A stretch of 47,535 nucleotides of DNA, filler included, from Sphacelaria rigidula (lineage: Eukaryota): NCBI GenBank assembly GCA_964200075.2. It is 2 parts of 2 records of this genome, joined end to end, with 100 filler letters (N's around TTAATTAATTAA, not from the genome) between each part and the next. Parts side by side here need not be neighbours in the genome. Positions count along the whole stretch, not along the records: positions 23,833 to 47,535 come from CAXNAA020000250.1; 1 more part is not named here. One strand, given 5' to 3'. The position numbers and the translations under genes are program-made. The notes under the pieces are model-generated. The model was not told the DNA's origin and searched no databases. It saw only the letters and a program-made list of their open reading frames with translations. Each line of letters opens with the position of its first letter. Within the stretch, counting starts at the first letter, position 1. Shown in pieces: positions 38,101 through 47,535 of this stretch.

Positions 38101-41100
38101 CTGATGGTCATAAGAGGTACCACTACAGCCGCCACTGACACACACGAAAGAAACACATCAACCCGCACAACAGCAAAGCTGGAACAACAAGAGCGCTCAG
38201 ACAGTCGAGACAGAAGAGCATCACGCCTATGGCGCCAGCTCTTGCTTTTGTACACCCAGTCGTGCTACAGTAGTAGTTACACGGCAATCCGTTCGGTATT
38301 GCAAGAGGGGCGGCCATGTGTGTGACAAGGAAGGTGGTCGCCATGGAATCGTTGGCCGCGCTAGAGCTACGAGTACATGGTGCCGCGTCTGTTTTGTCCA
38401 AGCTCGTGCTGAATAGGGCGACCGGAACCCGTAATCTCTCCCGTCCCTTTGTTATTTCCTTGCCCTTCCTTTGCGCATGCGTACTGTCTTTGGACGCTAC
38501 GCAGTCATGCTGCCGGGTTCGGACAGCTGGAAGCACTTTCAGCTGCTGTGGATGGTGGTCTCTACGGCGAAGTCGGTGTCGACCAAAAGCTTCTCATCAA
38601 GGCTCTGGACGTACTTCGTAAGACAGAGGTGTGTGTTTCACACAGTTACACAAAAACAAGAACAACTGTTGTCGAATAAGAGAAAAAAACTGATGAACAT
38701 CATTCAGACATTGTACCTCCGCTCATCGTCGGCATTTTGATACAGCCTTTTTATGTCGACTATATTGCGATATTAATAGTAAGGCCACCAAGCTGGGGTC
38801 TATTGTATCATGATCCACCAGGCAACTTTGCTGCGAAAGTCTTGCGCATGTGTACGATAGCAATTCCATTCGGTGACCGCTTTGAATTAGACCAGACGGA
38901 TGATGCGCGCGTTTTGTCTGATTCGATTGATTGATTGATTGTCGTACTCTAAGTGATCTCTAATGGATCCAGCCGTGATCACATGATGGACGTACTCAGG
39001 ACAAAGCAAAGCTGAAGCACCCGCGGAAAAAACAGCGAAGAGAAAAACAAAAAGGGTGGAACAAACACTATGCTAGAAATAAACGAGAAAAAGGTGAAAA
39101 CCGGTGAAAGTCGTCGGGTTCTGCCACATAGCTTCGGTGGAAAAGATCTTGCGCAGAAACCACAGTCATACTCAATCGTAGAAAACTTGAGGCCGTGGGA
39201 GAAGATTGCGGCTCATCTACTACGATCTCATCATTTTGGATTTGATTTTTGCCTTGCAAGGTTCGTCGCATACCCAGATTTGGATAATGACTATACATAT
39301 ATCAAGGAAGACCTCGTACCCACAATCCACAGGAGCCGTAGCCACGAAACCCCGTTCCTCTCGGAAAGTGTCTAGGTTTTTGCTCTTTCTGCGTTTTTGC
39401 CAAAAAGTTTGACCGACTGTTGTTCCCGTGTGAGGGCTCATACGAGTCCCCGGTCGCTAGCACAGGGCTGCGAACGCGAGTCAAGACGTGTTGCAGCACT
39501 CGCCTTTGCCCCTCAAAAAACCCCTGGCAGGCGCGGCGGGAGGGGGGGGGAAGGTGGGCGTGCGTTGGCTCCTGTAATTTAATTTTCGAGCCCCCTTCCA
39601 TATATACACCTATCCCTCTCATGTAGGGATGTGTGCAGGCGGAGGAACACGAGGTGTATGTGTTGTCATGGAAGATGGTGGGTGTCCTTCCCCTCCCGAC
39701 CTTTAAGCTTTGATTTGACATTGCCATCCATGTTTGTGTAGAGCGTTTATGCCCCCCCTTTCCCCTTCCCCTTCCCCTTCCTTGGGACGTGTCCGCATTC
39801 TCGAAATATCGTCATCAGCCTATCTCTCCTTCGTTTCCTGTTTTGCCCCATGTGGATCGAGTTCAGGGTCAGCGTTTCCCGCAACCAGTCAGCCTTCATC
39901 GCAATACATTGCCAGCTCTCGCCATCCCTTTGTTGCATGATGGACGTACTTCAGCATTTGAGTTGTGGATTCTAACCTTTACTGAAGGTTTCAGGCCTTG
40001 AGAGTTAAACCTCGAGCGATAAATACAGCTTGAGTGATTTCGATGGTTTGGGGCAATTTTGCCCCACTCGATGGCATATCGGACCACCTAGCTTATTACT
40101 TCGACGATCGTTTGATTCTCTCTCTAAGAAGATGACACCCCACTGCCTTCTTCGTATGTCCGATGCGCTGCGAATGTGGGTAGTATTTTTTTTCAACTTT
40201 TTGGGGCCGAAGCTGTCCATTTCAGTCATAAAGATCAAGAATATAATTTCATTTGCCTTCTGACGTGGGCAGACTGAGAACTAAGGCTTGAGAATGGCGC
40301 AGAGACATGAAGCGGGGGGAAGCTCGATACATTCGTCAGACCTCGATTATGGCATCGTCTAGAGGAAGGAGAAGGATCATAAGTACGACGGCGAAAATAT
40401 AATTTCGTGAAGAATCGCTCCAAATGGGAAGCTAAGACTGTATTGAACGCAAATATGCTCGATCTAATGAAGAAACATTGCGGGGTAAAGAGTCCGCTGT
40501 CCTTAAATTACATACACGATGCATTAACATTTTCATTTTTTCTTGCTAGCGTAGTTCCTCCCTTCCATTACACCCATTCTTCGACGTGGTGTGTTGCTTA
40601 GCGGTTGTCTTGTTATTATGTCTAGTATACTTGTTCATGTATCGCTGTCGCTCAAAGTGTCTGCGTACGCGGGGTGTACTCGTACCTGGCGGGTGACAAC
40701 CCGAGATGGGATATTCCAGCACGAGAAGAATGCGTCGGATATCGTGCTCTTGTCTTGGAATTGAGTATAAAAGTTAAATGCGTGCCTTGGCCTTTGAGAC
40801 TCTCCAGGCGTGTGTAGATATGGGTGGGGAAACGACATCGCCAAAGTAACCCAGGCGGGTGATACACCCCGTCCTAGCAGAGGTACAAGGGTAGATATTG
40901 CTACGGTTAGTGATGTCTTGGATTTGGTTTCTATACCTGTTTGGCTTCGTCTGTCGAGTGGGGGTGTTGGGCTCTATCTTCATTGGTCCGAATGGTCGCC
41001 TGTGGCACAGGATCACACGGGGCTATCCACAATTTGTTTTTGATCACGTCTGTATTAATATTTCTGGGTCACCCTGGATATCTTATCAATTGTTTGATTT

Positions 41101-44100
41101 CCCTTATACCTTATTTTGGGTAGTTAACATCTGACCACGGAAGGGGTCCGCATCAGATGCCCAGTACGAAAGCAAGAGGTACTGCGCAGATATCGGAACG
41201 GTTTTTAATGTGAGGACAACGATGATATAAACCACACACCCTGAGGATTTGGACTGAAAACCTCCGAAGTGACGCGATTGACTGAGTGGAGTATGCGGTC
41301 CATTTTGGGGTCTTGTGAGATTGCGGGGACCTTGCTGCTCGTGCTTCTTTTTTCGACTCATTCTCGTGCCATGTGCCCCGGAGACACTTGTTTACTTCAC
41401 ACAGTGGGACCATCCTGTACGTGTTCTCGCCGTTTATCGATGGTGTCTCTGCACTGCCTCTCAGGCCATTTTGAATCGTGTTTGTCATCTTCCATCCTTT
41501 GTGCTGCTCGCTCCCATCGTGGTGTCCAGGCCAACCAGAGGGCGAAGACTTTCGTTTCCCTGCAGCAGCAACTCCAGAAGCAGAAGCAAGTTACCACTGA
41601 AGGGGCCAAAACGAAGGCCAAGATGGAAGAGGATATCGACTTTCTCAACGAGGAAATAGACGATTGCGCGTCACACTTTTACGAGAAGGTGCGGGAACAT
41701 GACGACGTCGCGGCGAAGCTAGCTGCTTCTGAGGAGAGGGTCAAGGAGATGGAGCAGACAGTCGAAGTCAGCCAGGCGGATCTTCAACAAATGATGAAGA
41801 AGCAGAAGGTGAGATGATACCCGCATGTTGTTGCACGGAAGGCAGGGGAGGGCGTGGGCGGGAGGGGGGGGTTATGTCCGTTCTCGTGGCCGTCGGTGCA
41901 ATATTTCGTGGAAATGTTGAATGCGCCGATGAAGTGCTACATGGTGCCGTGAACGGGGACAACACGGGACCCAGAGGATGACAACATTTCAGCTACGCAT
42001 TTGCTGTTGTTATTTTTCGTGTGCATGCCCATTGCTTCGCCGCCTTGCTCGTTTTCGGATATCTTCGAGAGAGCACCTCTGGTGTTGTGGATCGAGTACG
42101 TTTCTAGCGAGATATCTGATTGGACCATTTTGGTCATGATATCGATGGCCGACGCGAGGCGGGATCACGTGCCTACTTGTGGAGGGATTGTTGTGTTTGT
42201 TATTCGTGGTGGTCATGTTATTTTTCTGCAGTTTGCTATCATTTTTTGCTATTCTTTCTGCGGAACCCAAGCCGTCGGTATGACAAGACACAATGGCCGG
42301 AAATGTTTATCGACTTTCACGTGTTTCTGCATCCTATTCGCTCAGGTTTCGTCGACAGCCGCCACGAGTTGAACATGTCACGGCAAGCACACACACGTGG
42401 AAACATCGCGAGCACTAGTTTTTGGTCTATGTTGCACTCTACGAGTGCTATTTTACGAGAGGAGGCTATTTTGTTGTGAAAATCTCTTGTTGTAGCAGTC
42501 GACACTGAAGCCATTTTATATGAGCCCCTTGTGAACAGGACGGCATGATCACTGACGCACACACGCGCTATATGCATGTAGGTCATGGGGGTAGGCAGCG
42601 CTTGCTTCTTAAAAAAATCCAAACGACGAAACTGGACACTTACACGTAGCACGATCTGACCGAACACGATTCATTTACTACAATATATCGTGGTTTGTAC
42701 ATTCACGTGTTTATATTGTTTTTCCCGCTCCTCCTGCTGCGCTGCTACGTTATATCTCCTCACGACCATGGAAATTCTCATGGCTGCTTCGCAGGAAACC
42801 GACGAGATCTTGGCCTCTCTGTACGTGGAGCGGGAGGAGCTTCGTCAGGCTGTCGACATGGAGCGTGCGCTAAAGGACGCCACCGTCGTAGCTAGCGAGG
42901 AGCACACCATGTCGCAGAAGCAGGATCAAGTAGCAACGGCTGAGATGGTGGCGACATTCAAGAGAGAGATGGAGGCTAGCCGTCACCAGGTGGAGGACCT
43001 GCAATCGGCCCTGGTGCAGCAGGGTCAGATGACGAGCGAGGTTGCGGGACAGGTGGACAAGTCCGTAGTGCAGGTGAAGATGTGGGTCCAGTCGAGCTTT
43101 CATTTTATTGATGCTTGCAGAAGTAGGTATCCGACGGGGGGGGGGGAGCGGGTGGTCACGGAAGAGTAGCTGGGATATCTTCGTCCTCGACTTGCAGGGA
43201 CATGGAGGTAATGTTTTCTTCGCCGTTTTGGTTAGTAGTCTGCCTTGCAGGAGCTCTTTTCGATACTCGAGGCGCTTATGAACGGGCTGTATTTTTCATC
43301 CATATCTCATAATGAAATGGATCAAAGTTGATGAAAAGTAAAGCCCATGAATAGTGGCCCTTAGAAGACTACCGTTGGGTTGATGACGTTCGTGGTGTGT
43401 TGAACGGCTTGTGCGTACTGTCGTCGTGCGTTTGTGCAGCAGGTTGTTGCAGGGTAGAGGTGAGCATTCACAATGCAGAGACCAGCGCAGTGTTTGAAAG
43501 AAAACCAGTCGGAGTCATCACCGCTCGGGCAGCCCTAGATCGACGGGATCAACATCTCATGTCACCCTCGAAAGTGTAGGATTTGCTTGGTATGACAGCA
43601 CACCACACTTGACGCAAGATTTCACAGAGTGCGGGGGCATTCGTTTCTGCAGATGAGCCGTGGGAACCTTCAGACGCATCGAAATAGCTTCGAAAAAAGG
43701 GAACTCGTATTCCGTGGTCGTGATGTGTGGCGTCGTTCATACTCGAATCTACGCTATGTGTTGAATCCCGTAATAGCAGAGGCACTGAGAAAATGTGAAC
43801 GATCTGTATGTACGGGAATAAACGGAGGTCGAAATTGTTCGGGATAAACGCGGGATTTCACAACTTTGCGGATGGGTTTTGTTTTGAGGATGAGCGAAGT
43901 CACACATCACGGCCGGAGAGTGCGTTTGCATTTTGTTTTCGAAAGTATTTTGATGCTTGTGAAGGTCCCCGAGGCTCATCCTCGAAAAGAAAGAAACGCC
44001 CGCAATTCGTTGAATCACGCAGTACCCGCTTGTATATATTAGTGGTAACAGCGTTCGTGCAGTAGTGCAAACCTGTGGTGTATTGAGGTGTTTGGCAGGT

Positions 44101-45729
44101 CATGGGACTATCCATAGGATGGGTGTATGGGCGGGAGTGCACGTCCATCAATTTGTAAGGAATAAGTGTGGCCCTCTTTGCTTTTTGTGCAAGCTTGACG
44201 TATTTCCCATCATCCCAACGTTCGGTGTGGTGTCGGCCTCATGTCTCATTTTTTGTTTTGTGATTTGTGTGTTGCGCGGTATATACCAACCGACCTGACG
44301 GGGAATCAGTTCAACAAGAGCTTGGAGTCGCTCATCGCTGTCGAGGAGCGCAAGCCCGAGCTCGACCAGAAGAACGAACACCTGAGGTTAGTAGTCACCC
44401 GTTTCCATCAGCTGTATGTGTGAAGGACTTGTCCGTGCTGCAGTGTCGCTGCCAGTGAGGCACAGAAAGTAGTGTACATGCACCGGCTACATGTTTGCGA
44501 ATGAGGCATTTCTCACCGTGTGCACTGCATACAGTACATATGCCGGCGTAGATATATGGTATAAGTGCCGCAACATTTCCGGCCCATGTATGGCAGATCA
44601 CATGCTGTCTACATTGTGTAGACGAAATATCTGCTCCTTGACACAGCGGAGGTCAAGGCCTCTGTTACCGGGAATATAGCGATTCTGGGGAACGTTCCCG
44701 TTTTCCTCAGTCTATCCTATCTACCTCTGCCTGCATTTCTCATTGCTGTCGTATGGAAAATCAAGTATCGTTGAGGCAATGTAATGATGCACGCTAGGCT
44801 TTGCTTTCCGTAGTTCCCCACAGCAGAAATGGCGTTATGGCAAAGGAGGGTGGGTGGCTGTCACTTATGACTGTCCCGTGTGACAGACGTTTGGGTGCAT
44901 ATGCTGTGTCACGGTACCCCATGTAGGCGTACATGTAGTACACGATGGGAACGAATGTGCGGACACACAGTTCAGTTCAAGCCTGACCAGGTTAGCGTAT
45001 AACGCGGCCTTTAAACAACCAACGCCATGCACAGCATGTGCCCACGTGTGTCGCACATAGTACCAGTGTCGTATAGAAGAGAATAGGCTTCGCCGTTTTA
45101 TCATCCTTCCAACGTGTACTCTCCTTCCTCGAGACCGGTCCGTAGACAGGCTGAAGGGATGAATACGCTTGCCTGTCCCTCGGTAGTTGCCTGACATTTT
45201 GGTCATGATGAGAAAAACAAAATGCACACTACACCGCTCGTCGTCATTGGAATGTGTGAGAGGACCGCGTGCTCAGAGGACCGCATCGGAGTTTGAACAC
45301 CCTTATGGTTGGGGTTAGTGTTAGTGTTAGTGTTGGGGTTGGGGTCAGGGGCGTGGTCCCTGCAAGGGCTGGCCCGATTGGTCTCGAAAAATGTCGATCC
45401 TGAGGTGTTTCAAACTACGATGCGGTCCCCCAAGCACGCGGTCCATTAACGCATTACAGTCATTTCCGGGGCTGCTGTGAGCACGTTTCTGTATTGTGTT
45501 GTTGATCTATTTTTGTATAGCCTTCTTTGACCCGAAACAGAAAATAATCACGTCTGTGAACGTTTTGATCGTCAAATATATACCATAAACAAGTAATTTG
45601 TGATGAATTTAGCTTGTCATATTATCGTGCAGGATCGCGCTGGAAGACTTCAAGAAGATTGCTGAGGAGGTGAAGGGAGAACTGCAACGTGCCGCCGAGC
45701 TGCGCCTGCTTTCGCCCAACACTGAGCAG
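24657..45729 (+). CDS. Signal-peptide, Cys-cluster, long coiled-coil protein (possibly GEX1/Kar5/Brambleberry-like); 3' end not found in window
   Basis: Phase-compatible GT-AG exons 24657-25022, 35882-36055, 38527-38628, 41530-41808, 42795-43073, 44310-44386, 45633-45729 give about 458 aa without stops. Hydrophobic N-terminus LLFLLLTLLVGVTMIGGVLG. Linking exon 1 to exon 2 across 10.9 kb is inferred from phase only. Confidence 0.6.
25582..25663. repeat. Three identical 16-bp repeats ATCGGCGTGACTCCGT with unique 18- and 16-bp spacers
   Basis: Copies at 25582-25597, 25616-25631 and 25648-25663. Confidence 0.9.
27371..27832. mobile_element. MITE with about 70-bp imperfect TIRs
   Basis: aacaaccgatc...ttgaggatggag...ggatgagaacacgg...tcttc pairs with gaagat...ccgggttctcatcctcaatgaaaagctccgtcctcaa...gatcggctgtt; a third arm lies at 23663. 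Confidence 0.75.
28922..29223. mobile_element. MITE with about 50-bp TIRs
   Basis: caacaacgttttcgtgagattgagagtagag pairs with ctccactctcaatctcatgaaaacgttgttg. Confidence 0.8.
29498..29684. mobile_element. hAT-type MITE (187 bp) with 8-bp TSD
   Basis: TIR CAGGGGTATACACGTTACACG / CGTGTAACGTGTATATCCCTG. Exact 8-bp direct repeat GAAAATTC at 29490-29497 and 29685-29692. Interior rich in ACGTTAC/GTAACGT. Confidence 0.9.
31960..32925 (+). pseudogene. Second degenerate hAT-like transposase relic
   Basis: HAALWHLFDPVY (32076-32111), then WGTFG...RLAL...CQFERRLS (32539-32676) resembling the hAT dimerisation WW...SS..CER.FS region, and an acidic tail SSSEDEDG*. Confidence 0.3.
33478..33600 (-). mobile_element. 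Possible 3' tail of a non-LTR retroelement ending in (TACA)n
   Basis: On the minus strand AATAAA is followed by a ...tacatacatgcatacatacatac tail; 5' boundary unknown. Confidence 0.3.
34087..34391 (-). mobile_element. tRNA-derived SINE
   Basis: Minus strand starts GCCCCGA-TGGTGTAATAG (A box, 34374-34384), then GGTTCGATTCC (B box, 34330-34340), about 230 nt of body and an A-rich tail GAAAGAAAGAAAAAAAA. No intact cloverleaf. Confidence 0.8.
35102..35145. repeat. (TG)22 microsatellite
   Basis: Perfect dinucleotide run. Confidence 0.95.
35251..35610. mobile_element. Older, longer copy of the 29498 hAT MITE family
   Basis: Ends caggggtctacacgtgacac / gtgtaacgtgtatatatccccg, with the same GTAACGT-rich interior. 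Flanks gaaatatt / gaaacaag match only partly. Confidence 0.75.
35882..36055 (+). CDS. Coiled-coil gene exon
   Basis: C-rich tract plus acag| acceptor, GTKICEEAL...LREGM, donor ATG|gtgtga; high GC3. Confidence 0.75.
36190..36480. mobile_element. Partial copy of the 43.6-44.0 kb MITE family
   Basis: Shares gctcatcctcaaaa and tgtacggtaataaacgaaggtggaaattgttcgg...gatttcacaa with 43808-43863. Confidence 0.65.
37060..37645. repeat. Minisatellite, about 44-bp unit, core CGAGCACTCGAGTCATTGCTCG
   Basis: About 8 regular units from 37185 to 37507 (gggcgagcactcgagtcattgctcgttgtggaaaaaattaata) with degenerate copies on both sides. Confidence 0.9.
38527..38628 (+). CDS. Coiled-coil gene exon
   Basis: acag|CTG...GAG|gtgtgt; LEALSAAVDGGLYGEVGVDQKLLIKALDVLRKTE. 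Confidence 0.75.
41530..41808 (+). CDS. Coiled-coil gene exon
   Basis: ccag|GCC...AAG|gtgaga; 93 codons, E/K/Q-rich heptads. Confidence 0.85.
42795..43073 (+). CDS. Coiled-coil gene exon
   Basis: cgcag|GAA...CAG|gtgaag; 93 codons, heptad pattern. Confidence 0.85.
43618..44016. mobile_element. MITE with about 130-150-bp degenerate TIRs
   Basis: gatgagccgtgggaaccttcagacgcatcgaaata...gtgatgtgtg pairs with cacacatcac...tattttgatgcttgtgaaggtccccgaggctcatc. Confidence 0.7.
44310..44386 (+). CDS. Coiled-coil gene exon
   Basis: atcag|TTC...AG|gttagt; phase 0-2. Confidence 0.75.
45246..45460. mobile_element. MITE with about 55-bp TIRs enclosing telomere-like repeats
   Basis: ggaccgcgtgctcagaggaccgcatcggagtttgaacacc pairs with ggtgtttcaaactacgatgcggtcccccaagcacgcggtcc; interior ggttggggttagtgttagtgttagtgttggggttggggtcagggg. 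Confidence 0.8.
45633..45729 (+). CDS. Coiled-coil gene exon
   Basis: gtgcag|G (phase 2 matches the previous exon)...CAG|gtgaaa; IALEDFKKIAEEVKGELQRAAELR. Confidence 0.75.
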
Positions 45730-47535
45730 GTGAAATCGAATGGACACATCGACAAGAATTGGGTTTGTTGTGTGTGCTTTTTTTTGTTGCTGCAATTAGC
45801 TTATTTTCACGTCGACAATGTCGTTGTGTTTCCTTCATCTTCCGCGATGAAGTTTGATTTTGAGGGTTCAGAAATGAGATCCGATTGAGACAGGCCTTGT
45901 GTCAAGCGACCAAATCTTGTCTATTTTGTGTACTATAAAAGTTGGGTTGATGAGTCTCTTTGCTTGGCAGATCGTCTCACTAAAATGTACTTCGTACGTT
46001 TGTAAGCGTGGGTGAGAGAGACTTCAAAAGCCCAACTACAGGTGGGGTAGTTCCCGAATATAATAGCTGGACCGCAACCTACTTCTACGGTTTGATTCGT
46101 TCTGTTTTTGCGTGATTTTTTATGTCGCCTATTTCCTTACGGCCCCCTTACCGGAAGCCCTGCGGTATGGTTCAGCTATCTCTCTCTTCTGTTTTCATTG
46201 GGGCCGGTAACAGACCGCGTATCTTGGTGTTGGGTTTATCTTCATCTCTCTGCTCTTCGCTCATTCACTGGCACTGTTATGGTCCTCGTTCCTTCCGTGA
46301 ACTCTCATTTGATTCGCCTGTTCCACCCCCCTTTATTCCTATCTATCCCGTCCCTTGAGGTCCCTCCATCATGGGAAGTCTTTTCGTTCCGTTCACCTTG
46401 AAGGCACGGTTGTGTCGTGATCGGTCTTGATTGTGGACGTGTGTATTGTCCGCGATAAGAGTCCAGTCCTTCGTTGAGATGGTGCTCAAGCGAGTTATTA
46501 TGAATGAAGAGCGCACGAAACCGGCGTTGTCATGTATGTGTAGGTGTTGCTCGACCGTGGAGCGAAGTCCGGCGATTTTTGTTCTGAAAGTGCATCATTT
46601 TCTCTTTTCGTCTTGGTCGGGCTGTGGTCCTAAACAGTCAGCTATGTAAACTATTATAGCAACAGTTGACTGTTGTTGCGCTCACGTGAAGGAGGAAAAG
46701 TCAACTTGCTTTCCTCTTCTCTTTTGCCTTGTCATCCTCTTGCTTTCACTCTGATTTCCACAATCAATGTTGGCGTGTTGGAAGCATGATGGTGAAATAT
46801 GGTACCGTTCAGTGAGGCCGGTAAGTCTTCTGTATCGAACAAAAAAAGTTGTCGAAAACTGCCTTTTTGATCCCTCTGCGTCATTTTACGCCTCTCAAAG
46901 AGAGCTAGGCGGATGCTGTCACCCTGGAATGACTTGCTCTACTCCTTGAGATCGTTCCAGGACAGCTTTGCGTTTTCCGATGGCCGCAGTACAATGTGGC
47001 GGAACTTGATTTGAATTTCAGCAACAAACGTGCTATCTGTAAAGACGCTAGCAGTTTTGTTGCTGTGTTACCGATAACTTCACCATTCGTTATTAAACAT
47101 GCTTCTCTGGCCGAGGAAGACTGCGGCCACCGGAGAAAAACGCACAGATACCCTGGAACTGGAACGGTGTCAAAGAAAGAGTACCAGTAGAGAAAGTCAT
47201 TCAAAGGTGTCAACATCCGCCGAACCCTCTCTTGGGCTTAAAACGACGCAGAGGAACCAAAAAGGCAGTTCTCATCAACACTTTGTTTCGATACATGGAA
47301 ACTGGCCTATCTCGTGTAAAACCATGGACCTAACTATTTGGCGCGAGACTATGCACAATGGCCGCACAAAAAGCACGGCGTAAAATGAAGTCCCCGAAAG
47401 TTTGCGACAACACTTGATACGTTTGTTTCGTGAACATCTTGATGAATATGTGTCTCCTGCTCTGGTCCAAATCACCCTCCCCCCCCCCTCGCCCCCCCTC
47501 ACCTCTAGACTCTTGGGTTGGCGTCGAGTGGCAAC

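Noticed and set aside
41530-43073. Exon duplication (two 279-bp phase-0 exons)
   Set aside because: Same length but no sequence similarity visible beyond generic coiled-coil composition.

Overview
Eukaryotic, intron-rich, roughly 50% GC genomic DNA from a draft assembly, with N gaps, poly-G/C smears and a TTAATTAATTAA linker. The style of the repeats and introns suggests a brown alga (Phaeophyceae); this is inference. I can reconstruct three spliced genes with phase-consistent splice sites. (1) A minus-strand CFAP92/KIAA1257-like ciliary gene (ATG 4833, six exons to 671, running off the left edge, probably with one GC-AG intron). (2) A plus-strand low-complexity RING-H2 E3 ligase (exons 17941-18434 and 18799-21959; start unresolved). 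(3) A plus-strand gene with signal peptide, Cys cluster and long coiled coil, spread over 24657 to beyond 45729 with TE-filled introns; its layout resembles the GEX1/Kar5/Brambleberry nuclear-fusion family (hypothesis). A terminal exon of a fourth gene (23420-23604, minus) abuts an assembly gap. The rest is largely transposon debris: a TTAA-flanked piggyBac-like non-autonomous element, a hAT MITE with a perfect 8-bp TSD plus a second copy, several foldback MITEs, a tRNA-derived SINE, degenerate hAT-transposase-like relics, a palindromic 44-bp minisatellite and tandem duplications. There is also an unidentified twice-present decayed ORF, one copy of which lies upstream of a SET-domain-like relic. 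No CRISPR, rRNA or intact tRNA was seen.
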